A stretch of 64,000 nucleotides of DNA from Prevotella sp. CAG:1031 (GTDB lineage: Bacteria > Bacteroidota > Bacteroidia > Bacteroidales > Muribaculaceae), in NCBI GenBank assembly GCA_000431215.1, contig HF985561.1:39125-103124 (forward strand), read 5' to 3'. The notes below the pieces were generated by a model that saw nothing but the letters and a program-made list of their open reading frames with translations, made no database searches and was not told the origin of the DNA. Positions 10,017-22,880 of this stretch are shown piece after piece; position 1 is the stretch's first letter, and every line of letters begins with the position of its first letter. The translations under genes were made by a program, and so were the position numbers.

Positions 10017-13000
10017 ATGCTCGACGTCTACAAAGCTTCGGCTGGCTCGGGAAAAACCTACACTCTGGCCAAACGCTACATTCGGATGCTCCTTGGCTAT
10101 ACCGATTCCAACGGGCGCCGGCATCTTTACCGCCATGCTCCGATGGCCCATCGTTCTCTTCTGGCAATCACGTTCACCAACAAAGCCACTGAAGAGATGA
10201 AAAACCGAATTGTCCATGAATTGTCACTGCTGGCTCTCAATCCGGCGACAATGGCGGTTCTCGATCCGACGGAGCGAAGCCCCTACCTCAAAGAATTCAT
10301 GGCCAACTTCAACGCCTCGGAGGAAGAGATCGCTGCCGCGGCCTCTGAAGCACTGAAGCAGCTGCTCTACGATTACGGAATGTTCAGCGTTTCGACCATC
10401 GATTCTTTTTTCCAGACAATTCTCCGCGCGTTCGCCCGTGAGGCCGAACTCGACGGCAACTACGAGGTCGATCTCGACGAATCGACAGCTATCTTCAACG
10501 GCGTCAATGACCTTCTCAACAGCCTCGACCACAATACCGACGCGGAGACACGCCAGCTGATGGGATGGGTAACTGAATACGCTCTGACACGCTTCAACGA
10601 AAGGAAGGCATTCAATGTCTTCGATCGCGGTTCGAACACTTTTTCTGAATTCCTCTCGTTTTTCAAGACCCTGTTCAACGAAACTTTCGAAGAGAATATC
10701 GACAAGATGCTTCGATGGCTTTCTGACCCGGCGCGAATAAAACGATTCCGCGATGGCCTGACCTCCCGGGCCGACAACCTTATCGAAGTGGCCCGGTCAG
10801 CTTCGCAGAAGGCTCTTCGGACTGCGTCGGGACACGAACAATTAATCTCGGCCAACGCGTTCAAGCTTCTCAACTCATGGGCTGCGGCGACACCGTCGAA
10901 TTTGCCGGGACTTAAACTCAATCAGACCGAACAGAATCCGGCCAAAGCATTCAAAGGCAAAACAGAACCGCCGGCAATACTTGTAGCCGACGTCAGCGAA
11001 GCCTTCAGTGCGATCGTAGAGGCAAAAAAGATGTGGGAACTGCTCAACAAAATGAGTGTCAACGTCTATGCCATGGGGCTGATCGGCAACGTGACCGACT
11101 CTATCCACAAGATTCTCGAGCAGAACAACTCGCTCCTTCTCAAAGACACCAACTCGGTTCTCCACCGCATAATCGCCGACAACGATTCGCCTTTCATATT
11201 CGAGCGACTGAACCAGTATTACCGCCATTTCCTTATCGATGAGTTTCAGGACACCTCGCGCCTCCAATGGGAAAATCTAAGCAAGCTCATTGCGGAGAGC
11301 GTCAGTTTCGGCAACGAAAGCCTCGTCATCGGCGACGAAAAACAATGTATCTACCGTTTCCGTAACAGCGACCCTACCCTGCTGACAAACATTGCCGGTG
11401 ACTTTCCGGGGAACACTGCCATTACAGGCAACGACGTGGCAGGAAACACAAACTGGCGCAGTGCCGCCGACATTGTCAGATTCAACAATGTTCTTTTCAA
11501 GTCGATGGCCGAAGCCGCAGGCCTTGGAGATATCTATGCCAATGTCGTTCAGAGTGTGGCGCCGAAACGCCGTGAGCTTCAGGGATATGTGCGGATTTCC
11601 GATCTGAGGTTCACTCTCGGGACAAAAGCTACCTCCGAGGAATTCATAACCCGATCATTCGAGACAACCATCGGAGAAATCAGGCGCCAGCTGCGTGCCG
11701 GTTATCGCGGAGGTGAGATCGCAGTGCTTTTCCGCACAAACGACACAGCCCGCAGCTTTATCGAGACATTGCTGCCGGTGCTGTCGTCAGATCCCGATTT
11801 CAAGGGTGTAAAAATCTCCAGCGACGAAGCCCTCGCGCTGAAGAACTCTCCGGCGGTCAGAGTTGTGATGAGCATTCTGAAAACCATGACAGCGTCGGAT
11901 TTCGTCACCTCCGACCGGAATGTGTCGATGCGTGAGATCGCCATTCTGAACAAAGACTATGAAGAAGAATGTGCCGCCGGCCATCCTGTCAGCGAGGCCT
12001 TTGCCCGTGCTGTCGGAAATTATATGCGCCGCCGGCGTGAACGTGCCGAAAATCCCGAAACGGCAATCGATCCGGCGCCGGTGAATCTCGGCAAAGGAAA
12101 CTCGCTTCCGTCGGTTGTCAGAAACATTATAGCGTCGCTCTCCGAAGAGCAGCGCGTCAACCAGAACGCATATCTCACATCCCTTCTCGATCTGGCGATC
12201 GACCACAGCGAGAAAACCGGCGAAGGCGACATCGCGTCGTTTGTCAGCTGGTGGGAAAACTATGGGAACAGAACGGCAATGGTCGATACCGACGCCGACC
12301 CCGACGCAATCTGCGTCATGACTATCCATAAATCGAAGGGGCTTGAATTCCCCTGTGTCCATATTCCATATATCGACAAAAAGAACCGCGAACGACTCCG
12401 TTGGTTCAGGACTCCCCAGATCGAAGGCATCAACGATGACGACCGCCCCGAACTGGTGCCGCTTATCCCGTCGAAAGCAATGCTCGGCACCCCCTTTGAC
12501 GAACAATACCGCAAATATGACCGGGAGGTATTGTCGGACATGATCAACGTTCTCTACGTTGCTTTCACAAGAGCCGGACGCGAGCTATGCGTCAATATCG
12601 GAGCAAAAGGTGGGAACGGTACTTCGCTCGTCGAGAATGCGCTCGAACTCGGAGGCTTCGTCGCCGATGCCGCCACAGGAAATATCATAGCAGGAGCGCC
12701 GACCTCGCCGGTTCGCGAAAAAAGCAAGCGCAGCGTTCTCGAGCCCGTCGAGTCGTTTTTCATTGATCCGATAGGCGCAGCCACGGAAAATCGCGATATA
12801 TGGGCCGGCGTCACCCTCGACGACGACGAATCGCCTTCAGAGAGCTACACCGAGCGCTTTATCGCCCTTCTGCGAAACCGGCGCAGCGCTTCGGCAATCG
12901 GCAAGGAGATCAGACGGCTTGCCGCACAGCATTTCATCGACATCGCCACCGCCGACAGGCTCTCGGCCGATATTTCCTCGGCACTGGCTGACACTACCGT

Positions 13001-13280
13001 GGCCCGATGGTACGACTCAGACTCTTCTGTGACATGCCATGCGGCCGTCAACTTCGAGAATGGCGGTTCATGGCTCATCGACAGGCTTGTTGTTCTGCCG
13101 GGAGGCGACATCCATGCTGTTGAGATTGTCGACGATCCCGACCGCTATCCCGACATTCCGTCGAAACGCCAACGCCTCCACCGACTGACAGCAGCCGTGC
13201 GCTCGGCTCTCGACGCTACCGAAGCAAAGCGCGTCACGGCGTGGCTTTGGACTCCGGGCCATCCTCCTGTCCGGCTGTAG
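10017..13280 (+). CDS. UvrD/AddA-like superfamily-1 DNA helicase (large, about 1087 aa)
   Basis: Walker A at N-terminus ([12 protein letters not shown]), DEFQDTS motif, [10 protein letters not shown] motif VI-region; long C-terminal extension typical of Bacteroidota AddA-like proteins. Confidence 0.7.
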   Translation: MLDVYKASAGSGKTYTLAKRYIRMLLGYTDSNGRRHLYRHAPMAHRSLLAITFTNKATEEMKNRIVHELSLLALNPATMAVLDPTERSPYLKEFMANFNASEEEIAAAASEALKQLLYDYGMFSVSTIDSFFQTILRAFAREAELDGNYEVDLDESTAIFNGVNDLLNSLDHNTDAETRQLMGWVTEYALTRFNERKAFNVFDRGSNTFSEFLSFFKTLFNETFEENIDKMLRWLSDPARIKRFRDGLTSRADNLIEVARSASQKALRTASGHEQLISANAFKLLNSWAAATPSNLPGLKLNQTEQNPAKAFKGKTEPPAILVADVSEAFSAIVEAKKMWELLNKMSVNVYAMGLIGNVTDSIHKILEQNNSLLLKDTNSVLHRIIADNDSPFIFERLNQYYRHFLIDEFQDTSRLQWENLSKLIAESVSFGNESLVIGDEKQCIYRFRNSDPTLLTNIAGDFPGNTAITGNDVAGNTNWRSAADIVRFNNVLFKSMAEAAGLGDIYANVVQSVAPKRRELQGYVRISDLRFTLGTKATSEEFITRSFETTIGEIRRQLRAGYRGGEIAVLFRTNDTARSFIETLLPVLSSDPDFKGVKISSDEALALKNSPAVRVVMSILKTMTASDFVTSDRNVSMREIAILNKDYEEECAAGHPVSEAFARAVGNYMRRRRERAENPETAIDPAPVNLGKGNSLPSVVRNIIASLSEEQRVNQNAYLTSLLDLAIDHSEKTGEGDIASFVSWWENYGNRTAMVDTDADPDAICVMTIHKSKGLEFPCVHIPYIDKKNRERLRWFRTPQIEGINDDDRPELVPLIPSKAMLGTPFDEQYRKYDREVLSDMINVLYVAFTRAGRELCVNIGAKGGNGTSLVENALELGGFVADAATGNIIAGAPTSPVREKSKRSVLEPVESFFIDPIGAATENRDIWAGVTLDDDESPSESYTERFIALLRNRRSASAIGKEIRRLAAQHFIDIATADRLSADISSALADTTVARWYDSDSSVTCHAAVNFENGGSWLIDRLVVLPGGDIHAVEIVDDPDRYPDIPSKRQRLHRLTAAVRSALDATEAKRVTAWLWTPGHPPVRL

Positions 13281-14722
13281 AGGCGGCTTTGTCGGCTCCG
13301 GCAAACAGCTTCGAAAGATAGCGTTCTAGAAGGCGTTCCATCAGTTCCCAGAAATTCGGCACGAAAAGCGTTCCGACAATGGCGTTGACCGCCATACCGA
13401 ACACGACCGCCGTTCCGAGCGACACACGGCTCGCTGCTCCGGCGCCGTTTGCGAACAACATCGGCATGACGCCGAACACGAAAGCGAGAGCGGTCATCAT
13501 GATCGGCCGGAAGCGGATCTTGCCGGCATCGAGCGCCGCCTGCCTTATGTCATTGCCCGCCGAACGGAAATCGCGGGCATATTCAACAATCAGAATAGCG
13601 TTTTTGGCTGCGAGACCCAACAGAAGGATAATACCGATCTGGGTGTAGATACTGATGCTTTGACTGAGGAATATGCAGCCCATGACCGTTCCAAGAAGTG
13701 CCGTCGGCATTGCCATAATCACGGCCACCGGATCTGTCCAGTTCTCATATTGTGCGGCCAGCACAAGCAGAGTCATCACTATGGCGAAGATCAGCACAAG
13801 CGAGATCGTTGTTCCGCTCTGCGTCTCCTGATATGCTTCGCCGGTCCAGGCGTAGTTATAGTTTTCGCCGGCGACCTCTCTGACAAGATTCTCCATCTCT
13901 TCGATTCCTTCGCTCGAACTGACGCCGTGGGCCGGAATTGAGCGTCGCCCCGAAACCTTTCTCAAACCAGCGGTAGATGAAGAATTTAGCCTGTTTCTTC
14001 TTGCGCAGAAACAGGGCACACATCGCCGGCGTGAAAGTCAGGGCGTTGAATCCCGAGAAAGCTGTCGACACAGCGATTGTGAGCGCGAACTGTTTATAGA
14101 GCTGACCGGTTATGCCGCTGATGAAAGCCGTAGGGATGAAAACCGACAGCAACACGAGCACCTCGCCAATGACCGGTCTCTGAAGTTCCTGCATAGCCTT
14201 CTCGGCGCCCTGACGCGGCGTCAGTTTCCCCTCATCGACCAGTCGGGAACAGTCTTCGACAACCACTATCGCGTCGTCGACCACTATCGCGATGGCGAGA
14301 ACAAGACCGAAAAGCGTCAGGGTGTTCAGAGTGAATCCCAACAGCTTCATGACGGCGAAAGTCGCAATCAACGAAACCGGAATAGTTATCATCGGTATGA
14401 TTACTGCGCGCCAGTTCTGGAGGAACAGCAGAATGACGATCATGACAATCAGCGTTGTCTCGACAAAGGTGACCAGTACCTCGTCGATAGAAGCAGTGAC
14501 AAACTCCGTAGTGTCGAGCACGACATCATATTTGACTCCGGGCGGAAAATTCTGAGCGAGTTGCTCGAGCCGGTCGCGCACCGCATTGGCAACACTGAGG
14601 GCATTGGCTCCGGGCAACTGATAGATTCCCATGAGCGCACATTCATGGCCCGACACTTTCGAGACAGTGCCGTACTGCTGGCTGCCGAGATCTATCCGCG
14701 CAACATCCTTAACATATTTCAA
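13234..14722 (-). pseudogene. RND (AcrB/HAE1-family) efflux permease remnant: N-terminally truncated, internal deletion and frame change
   Basis: ORF 13856..14722 matches AcrB residues roughly 250-510 (VKDVARIDLG..., TM2-6, ...RWFEKGFG). ORF 13234..14019 in another frame matches AcrB C-terminal TM bundle ([12 protein letters not shown]...[11 protein letters not shown]...). Porter domain (about 340 codons) and first about 250 codons missing. No MFP/OMF partner genes. Confidence 0.6.
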
Positions 14723-14920
14723 ATACGTTTTAATAACTTAACCAGTTTTGCCACTCGATTGTTTAAGAAATCTCAGAATTCGGCCCTGCTCTGCCGAGAT
14801 TCTATAGCGAATATAAAACGCCACTATCGAATATAAATTTACGCAATAATCAATATGAAATTTGCAAATACAAAGGAAATGCTATCTCTTTGTGAGAGAT
14901 CATCACAATTATTATTGATT

Positions 14921-17214
14921 ATGAAAATTTCATTTCTTGCTCTGTTAGCAGCCGCCACTGTCGCGCCACTGTCGGCCGCACCGCCGACACCGCTTGTCGA
15001 CGCCGTTGCCGGAACACCGGCAATAACGAACCGCCATGCCACTCCGGCATCAATGAGAGTAATCTCTAACCGCCAGCTCGGCCCGTCGGCAAGGCTCCAG
15101 ATTCTGCGCGACGCCAACGGCAACTCCGTCAAAAAATTTGTAAAAGGTTCCATGGCTATCACTCCCCGGCTGCGCAACCTGCCGGCGGCAGCTCCCGACG
15201 CTAATGGAAACGTCCTCAGCGAAAACTTCGAACACGACGGAGCGACTCCCGACGGATGGGCCGTCGATTCCAAAAACAATCTCGAAAGCGATCTGACCTG
15301 GCACGCCGACAATCCGGCATTGCTGTTCATGACCGGATTCGAGGGCGATTATGCCTTCTACTGCCCCTTCAACGGCGACGTCGACCTTAACGAATGGCTC
15401 GTCACTCCCGAGATAGAGCTGCCCGAAGGATGGGACTTGACTTCCTTCTATATGCCGACGCCGTCTTCTTTTTCAGCATGGATAATGTTAATTGGGACAC
15501 CTATGAATATATCGGCGACCCGGTCGTTATCGGCGATTTTAAGGTTAAAGTATCGGCCGACGGCGGAACGACATGGAACGATCTATACAGCACCGTCGAA
15601 TCGAGCAAAGACAAATCTTTCGAAGAACTGCTCAATGAGTCGGGCCAGCCGGCTAAACAGATTTCCGTCAGCCTCGCCGAATATGCCGGCAAGAAGGTTA
15701 AGATCGCTTTCGTCAGCTCGGGAAAAGACACCAATTCTGTCTTCGTCGACGCTGTGCGCGTAGGCTATCCCAGACTTTCGGCGTCATACGCCCACCCGGG
15801 GGGCACTCTCTTCTTCGGCTATGACAAAGAAATGACCGGACTGACCATGCCTGTGGCCGTGAACGGAGTAAACATCCCTCTGACATGGACAGCCACGAGC
15901 GACGACAGCGGCGTCGACTTCGTCTGGTCATACATGAATAACGAGGGGGAGACAATGCCGGCCGACGGCGAAGAGCTGACCGTCACCTATCATCCCGACT
16001 ACACGTCGGAATTCACCACCCGCAACAACCTGTTCCCCGTGCCGGAGGTTACAGCAACCCGCGACGGCGCCGCTCCCGGCTCGTTCAGCCACGCATCTTA
16101 TATCCAGGTCGGCGGACGCCCTCAATTCGAGGCAAAAGTCGATGGAACTCCGACTCTGCTTGAGCTCGGGCTTATGTCATTCCCATATACCGACGGATTA
16201 TACAATCAGCTTGGCGGCGACGACATGACAATTCCCGTTCTGGGTCACAGCCCCGGAACCGATGCCTTCTGGACCGACTACACCTTCAACGGCGATCCCG
16301 AAGACGGCGACTACTCCAAACTCATCTCTCTCATCAATATGTATACGACAACGGAAGCGCCCACGGTTGTGCGCGGGCTGCACTTCGGTGCTTACGCCGA
16401 CTTTGCCGACGGTGCCGAACTGACAGCTGAGATTCATCTCGCCGATATTGACAAGGAAACGGGCGGCTACATCATCCGACCGACTGCCCTCGCCTCGGCA
16501 AAGAGCGTTGTCAACACCGTTATGGAGGAATCGACAGGCAAAGACCTCGTAACAATCATGTTCACGTTCGACAAGCCCGTTGTGCTTTCCTCTGACGTTG
16601 CTCCCGGATATGTCGTTAAAATCATAGGGTTCAACAGTCCCGACGTCAATTACTTCTCGCCGTTCGTCGGCATGGCCGACGACTATCGGGGCCTCGCCTA
16701 CGGATGGATCGAGAAAGAGATATGCTACTCCGGCAACGAACCGCGCACGACTCTCAGTCCTATCGCATACATGACCGGGCTGATGAACTCATTCGCATTC
16801 GTGCTCGACGCCGAACTGCCATGGCTGACCGGGCCCGAAGAAATCGGAGTTATTCCCGCTGCGCCGACACGCCTCGTTCTCGACAGCTTTTACGATGCCC
16901 CGGAGCTGACCGTCGAAGGGCTTCCAGACGGGGTCAGCTGCGCCATCGAAGGACGTTACGACAAATGCACGGCTACACTGACAACAACGCGCACCGACAA
17001 AGCCACTGCCGACATAACCTTCAGGGCTCCGGGCGTAGAACTGCCCGTCAGACTTCTGATCGGAACGGCCGCGATAGACAATATCGAGGCCGGAACCTCA
17101 GCAACGGTCGCCTTCTACGACCTCTGCGGACGCCGCATCTCAACCCCGACAACTCCGGGAATATATATCGAAAAACGCGCCGACGGCTCGACCGTCAAGC
17201 AGATTCTCCGCTGA
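14921..17214 (+). pseudogene. T9SS cargo paralogue (choice-of-anchor-J-like N-domain, Por C-terminal sorting domain) interrupted by a -1 frameshift near 15435-15450
   Basis: signal peptide MKISFLALLAAATVAPLSA at 14921; reading continues in the -1 frame from about 15440 (ORF 15394..17214); C-terminus ...VAFYDLCGRRISTPTTPGIYIEKRADGSTVKQILR is a T9SS CTD. Confidence 0.5.
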
Positions 17215-17380
17215 CAGCTCCGCTCTCCCTTAACAGACCCTGTCCGCCTCACAGCGGCCGGGGTCTGTTGCATTTGACAATATGTTAGTCATATTTAACA
17301 ACATAGGGCGGGAAGTTCGATATTATTTGTATCCATTTGCAATCAAATTAAATATCTTTAACTACAACCAGTCTTTCACA

Positions 17381-19855
17381 ATGAGATTCAGACATCTGCT
17401 TTTCGGCGCGACCGCGCTGATAGCCCTCGCAGCGGGAGCCGTCGATCTGTCCGCCGACATCTCACTGCGCTATCCCGAGTCCGAAGCCTCGGCCCGCTCC
17501 TACAATCTTATCAACAGCGATGCCCTTCTGTTCAAACAGCCGGGCTTGGGCATGACCGTCAGCTCCGACAGCCGCAACGAACGTCAGGCAATACGCCCGC
17601 CGATGGCACCGCCGGCCCCCGGCTATAATGTTAAGCTCCGCGGCTGTAACCTCAGGCCCGCCAATACCAATAACACGGCAATCGTCACCTTCCGGGCCAA
17701 CCCCGACTACGGAATGACTACCCTCGTGACCGGCGACCAGTTCCGCGCCAACGGCGGCGGATGCTATAACGGCAACGACTATTACTATATCGGCTACACC
17801 CAGCTTTTCGGCTCAAGCATTGCCCAATACTACCATTACAATGCATCGACCTGGGAGATGCTGACCGTCAGAGATGCCCCGGAGGGATGTATAGGCTACG
17901 ATATGACCTACGACTCGACCGACGGAAAAATCTACGGCATTTTCTACACCGATGACATGACGGGCTATGTGTTCGGAACATTTGACCCCGAAACGGTAAC
18001 CCGAACCGCTATTGCCACTCTCCCCTGTGAATACTTCGCCATCGCCGCGTCGCCTCAGGGCGTCATTTACGCGATCGACGAAGACGGCGACCTCAACACT
18101 CTCGACAAGACTTCGGGAAAGGCAACACTCGTCGGTTCCACCGGCGTTAAGCCGCGGTTCAAACAGTCGGCCGACTTCGACGACACAACCGGCCGCCTCT
18201 ACTGGGTTGCCGCGAAAGCCGACAACACTTCGGCATTCTACGAAGTCGCGCCGCAACGAAAATCTTCGATCTGCCCGACGAAGACCAGATCGTGGCCCTC
18301 GACGTCATGACGCCCGAAGCCCTTCAAGGCGCTCCCAACACCGCCGATGCCCTGAAAATCGACATTACCGACGGATCTCTGAAAGGAAAACTGACTTTCA
18401 CCGCGCCCGACTACACCTTCGGCGGTTCTCCGCTGACCGGCAATCTCAGCTATGAGGTGACCGTCGACGGAACTGTGTCAGAGACAGGAACCATAGCCGC
18501 AGGCGCTACAAAGACTGTCGAAGTCGAAGCCACCACTGCAGGCTTCCACACTCTCGGGGTCACCACCTCGAACTCCACCGGAAAATCTCCCGTGCGCGAG
18601 CTCAAAGCCTGGTTCGGCAAAGACACCCCCTCGGCAGTGACGAATATGCGGCTGACCTCCGACAACACCGGCCTCACGCTCAGCTGGGACGCCCCGACGC
18701 AGGGTGTCAACGGCGGATATATCGACGCGGCAGCCCTGCGATATACTATAGTGCGACAGCCCGACAATGTCATCGTTGCCACTTCGCAGACTGCCACAAC
18801 TTTCTCAGAGCCATTCACGGCTTCGGGCACAGGAGTCTGGTATGACGTCACCCCTGAAGCCGACGGCCTCACAGGTCCGACAACCTCATCGCCGAAAGCT
18901 CTGACAGGGGGAGCCATGTCGGTTCCCTACAGCGAGAATTTCGACAATTCCTCGGCCAACGACTTCTTCACTGTCATCGACGTCAGGAAAGACGGCAAGA
19001 CATGGGAGTTCGTATACGACGAAGACTACAACGAAGGCGACATGCAATGCAAATATTCGTCGGAGAATGCTAAAGACGACTGGCTGATAAGTCCGCCCAT
19101 ACGTCTCGAAAGCGGACGTCTCTACAATATCTCGCTCGATGTCAGGGCCCGCTCCGGCTCGCTCTATCCCGAGACGATGGCGATAATGATGGCCACCGCC
19201 GCCACGGCCGAAGCCATGAAAGCCGACAACGCCGTCACGGTCATGGAGGAACAGACATTCCGCTCGTCGAGATTCACTACCGTGACCAATCTCGTTCAGG
19301 TTCCGGCCGACGGAATATATTATATCGGAATCCATGCGACAACCAAGGCCGACAGTGACGTGCTCGCTATCGACAATCTCAAAGTGACGCAGGAAGCCGG
19401 CTCGAACGCCCCGGCCGCAGTGACCGACATTAAGATTGTTCCCAATCCCGACGGCTCGGAAGGCCTGACACTGACTTTCACGACGCCCTCACTCTCGATT
19501 GCCGGAAACAACCTCAGGTCGCTTTCGAAAGTCGAGATCTACCGCGGCGAAACTGTTGTCCACACCGTTGCGCCCGTCGAGCCGGGCAAAACCTACACAT
19601 GGTATGACGCCACTCCGGCGAAGGGCCTCAACACCTACGACCTCCGCGCCTTCGACGGTGATCTGCGCGGTCTTGCCGGAACAGCCTCGGGGTTCTCGGG
19701 ATTCGACGTGCCGGGTCGTCCGAGAAACGTGCGCGTGACCGAGAAAGACGGATTCGTCGGACTGTCGTGGGAAGCCCCGACCGAAGGCGAACAGGGAGGC
19801 GTATTCGACAAGAACGATCTCTCATACATAGTGCTCGACTCGGAAAGCAACATAA
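17381..19855 (+). pseudogene. T9SS-cargo-like secreted protein paralogue, -1 frameshift near 18250 and 3' end truncated by IS insertion
   Basis: signal peptide MRFRHLLFGATALIALAAGA; ORF 17282..18310 continues in -1 frame as ORF 18292..19941; Fn3-like repeats homologous to the 2014..6600 protein; last 86 nt of ORF are IS-derived; no CTD. Confidence 0.5.
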
Positions 19856-21007
19856 TAACGCGAGTTCGGGATAACGATATCCAACTCGGCGACATTACAG
19901 TTAGGCATGAATTATCAGGCGGCCGGTCATTGGGCGCCTGATTTTTCAACCGGTGCAGTTTATTGCCAGAGGACGAGCTGCCCGTTGGACTCAGGCACCT
20001 CGTAATCGAAATTGACTTCCGGCTTTGTGGAGAAGAAGCAATACGCACCCATTGCCGCAAGCAGGTTCATGATAAAATTGTGGACGCTGCGGTGGCGGGA
20101 ATGCACCAGCCGGGCCACGTTCTTGAGCATGTCGTTTATTGACTCGATGATGCTTCTCTTACGTAGCATTATCTTGTCGTAAAGCGGCATGAGGCGCTGT
20201 TTCATATTCGAGCGCAGGCCGGTCACGATATGCACCCCGTTGTCCCACAGATGTCCGAAAAGCGATTGCGAGATATATCCCTTGTCGGCGTACAGCTTGC
20301 CGAACACCTTGTCTGTCAGCGTGTCAATGACAGATTCTTGACGGTCGTCGACGTTTGCACGGGTGAGGACGAAGTTCACAAGTTCCCCCTTTTCGTTACA
20401 CAGAAGATGCAGTTTGAAGCCTACGTACCATCCCATGGTACTCTTGCCCTTGGCCGCTATGCCTTTGAACACCTTCATGTTGAACTCACGCTTGTTGTGT
20501 ATCACCGGAATACAGGTGCTGTCGACAAAGCTGATCCCGGTGCATTCTCCGAAACAGGCAAGACGCAGAAACATTGTCAGTGTCACGAAGCAACGCGGCA
20601 TGACCTCCACAAAACGATTATACGAGAACCGGCGCGGGAACAGATGCCTCCACTGTCCGCACACGCATGACAGATAATAATGCTTGAAGTTGCGGTAGGT
20701 GTTGAAGTGGAAGCAGATCAGAATCGTGATGACCTCCGCATCAGACATTATGCGCTTCCGGCGCCGTTTCGGGGCGTCAGGGGAGGACGGAAGGGAGTTT
20801 TTTGCCATCTCGACTTCAAATTCCTTGCAAAAATCATCGGCAATACAGAAAATTTCAGTAACTTTACTCTCGGTAATCATGATATAGTACTTATTGTTTG
20901 TCACCTCTAAATTACTAAATATCAGTGATATTGCCAAGAGAATCGGCAACTTTTTAAAGCTGCCGATTCAACTTTTTAGGGTATTTCTTATCCCGAACTC
21001 GCGTTAA
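19856..21007 (-). mobile_element. complete IS982-family insertion sequence (1152 bp)
   Basis: 19-bp perfect terminal inverted repeats TAACGCGAGTTCGGGATAA at 19856-19874 and (reverse complement) 20989-21007; ATAA on both flanks (possible 4-bp TSD); single transposase ORF. Confidence 0.7.
19960..20880 (-). CDS. IS982-family DDE transposase
   Basis: 306 aa from MITESKVTEIFCIADDFCKEF...; family hallmarks FHFNTYRNFKHYY, FVDSTCIPV, GKSTMGWYVGFKLHLLCNEKGELV, DKGYIS. Confidence 0.75.
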   Translation of the reverse strand: MITESKVTEIFCIADDFCKEFEVEMAKNSLPSSPDAPKRRRKRIMSDAEVITILICFHFNTYRNFKHYYLSCVCGQWRHLFPRRFSYNRFVEVMPRCFVTLTMFLRLACFGECTGISFVDSTCIPVIHNKREFNMKVFKGIAAKGKSTMGWYVGFKLHLLCNEKGELVNFVLTRANVDDRQESVIDTLTDKVFGKLYADKGYISQSLFGHLWDNGVHIVTGLRSNMKQRLMPLYDKIMLRKRSIIESINDMLKNVARLVHSRHRSVHNFIMNLLAAMGAYCFFSTKPEVNFDYEVPESNGQLVLWQ

Positions 21008-21101
21008 TAAGTCACACAAATCTGAAGTATCAGTCTGTCGAAAAGCGACAAACTGATTCCCGGCGGCGACGAATCATCGCTGAAGATAAATCAATATGGA
21101 T

Positions 21102-22880
21102 TCAGGCCAGCTCGTCGAGTTCAAGCCAGCGGAGTTCTTTGGCGTCGAGCTCGGAGCTGAGGGCCTCGTATCGCCGTGAAGCTGCGGCGAAGTCTTCAGC
21201 CGTTCCGTCGGCGAAAGCTGCCTCAAGAGCCTTTTTCTCAGCTGTCAGAGCGTCGATTTCGGCAGTCAGCGCCTCATATTCCTTGCGCTCTTTGAAACTC
21301 ATGCGCGCCGGACGTTCGCTTCGGGGCTTCGTCTTTTCGGCCGGCGCCGACGGCTCGTTGCGCCGTTCTTCGCGGGCCCGTTCGTCGGCCCAGCCGCGAT
21401 ACTCTGTATAGGTACCCGGAAAATCCTTGACAACTCCGTCGCCTTCGAGAACAAAAAGATGGTCGACGATAGAATCGAGAAAAAACCTGTCGTGGCTGAT
21501 AACGATAGCGCATCCCTCGAATTCGCGGAGATACTCTTCGAGAATGGCAAGCGTAGGAATGTCGAGGTCGTTGGTCGGCTCGTCGAGAATAAGAAAGTTC
21601 GGCCGGCGCAACAGAACCGAAGCGAGATGGAGGCGGCTGCGCTCGCCGCCGCTGAGTGTTGAAATATATTTTTGCTGGTCGGCCGGATCGAAGAGAAAAC
21701 GGGTCAGGAACTGCATCGGCGAGAGTGTCCGGCCTCCGTCGTTGAGACTGACCTCTTCGGCCTGGCGGGTAATCGCGTCGATGACGCGCATTCCGGGATC
21801 GAAGGCTATTCCGTCCTGGCTGTAATATCCGAAACGCACCGTTGTGCCGACATCGAAATGTCCGGCATCGGGACTGACAAGCCCCTGAAGCATCTTGACA
21901 AACGTCGACTTCCCCACCCCGTTGGCACCGATGATGCCGAGCTTCTCGCCACGGGCGAAAACATAATTGAAACGGTCGAGAATTCTTTTCGGGCCGAAGC
22001 TCTTCGACACGTCGACCGCCTCGAAAATTTTCGAGCCGATATAGCTCGAACGGCTTTCGAGACTGACATCGCGCTGTCGCAGGTCGACACGCGAACGCTC
22101 CTTGAGGTCATAGAACGAATCGATGCGGAACTTAGCTTTCCCGGCGCGCGCCTGAGGCTGTCGGCTCATCCACTGCTGCTCGCGGCGCAAAGTGTTGCGC
22201 ACGCGGTCGAGTTCGGCGCTCATTGCGTCGAGACGTTCGGCGCGGCGTCGCAGATAATAGTCGAAATTGCCTTCGTGGACGAAAGCGCTCTTATGGTCAA
22301 GCTCGATTATCCTTCGGGTTACACGGTCGAGAAAATAGCGGTCGTGGGTAACCATCAGAAGCGTCAGGCGCTGACGCGACAGATATTTCTCGAGCCATTC
22401 AATGGCGGAGATGTCGAGATGGTTCGTAGGCTCGTCGAGAATGAGAAGATCGGGACGCGACAGAATGACGGCAGCAAGAGCCACACGCTTGCGCTGTCCT
22501 CCCGAAAGAGTATCGACCCGGGCGTCGGCGTCGGCGAGTCCGAGCTGCGTCAGTGTGCGCCGCGCATCGTCGGGCAATGTCGGCTCTTCGGCCGCTACTT
22601 CGGCATCAATAAGGCTCAGGCAGGCTTCTATGGCCGTCGCCCCGTCGGGCAACGGAGGAATCTGCTGGAGGAATCCTATCCGCAACCCGCGCGAACCGAC
22701 AACAGAACCACTGTCGGCCTCTTCGAGGCCGGCGATGATTCTGAGCAGTGTGGATTTTCCCGTTCCGTTGCGGGCTACGATACCGATCTTGTCACCTTCT
22801 TCGATACCGAAGGTGACATCGGCAAACAGCAGGCGGTCGCCGTAGCTCTTGGTAAGGCCGTCGACCTGAAGGCGGATCAC
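21102..22880 (-). CDS. ABC-F family ATPase (tandem ABC domains, C-terminal coiled coil)
   Basis: two Walker A motifs ([12 protein letters not shown]; [12 protein letters not shown]), two LSGG signature motifs, no TM domain, 592 aa. Confidence 0.75.
   Translation of the reverse strand: MIRLQVDGLTKSYGDRLLFADVTFGIEEGDKIGIVARNGTGKSTLLRIIAGLEEADSGSVVGSRGLRIGFLQQIPPLPDGATAIEACLSLIDAEVAAEEPTLPDDARRTLTQLGLADADARVDTLSGGQRKRVALAAVILSRPDLLILDEPTNHLDISAIEWLEKYLSRQRLTLLMVTHDRYFLDRVTRRIIELDHKSAFVHEGNFDYYLRRRAERLDAMSAELDRVRNTLRREQQWMSRQPQARAGKAKFRIDSFYDLKERSRVDLRQRDVSLESRSSYIGSKIFEAVDVSKSFGPKRILDRFNYVFARGEKLGIIGANGVGKSTFVKMLQGLVSPDAGHFDVGTTVRFGYYSQDGIAFDPGMRVIDAITRQAEEVSLNDGGRTLSPMQFLTRFLFDPADQQKYISTLSGGERSRLHLASVLLRRPNFLILDEPTNDLDIPTLAILEEYLREFEGCAIVISHDRFFLDSIVDHLFVLEGDGVVKDFPGTYTEYRGWADERAREERRNEPSAPAEKTKPRSERPARMSFKERKEYEALTAEIDALTAEKKALEAAFADGTAEDFAAASRRYEALSSELDAKELRWLELDELA

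Noticed and set aside
19940-19975. Short direct similarity cagtNtattgccaRgag near both ends of the IS region, initially considered as element ends
   Set aside because: Direct rather than inverted and imperfect; superseded by the 19-bp perfect inverted repeats at 19856-19874 and 20989-21007.
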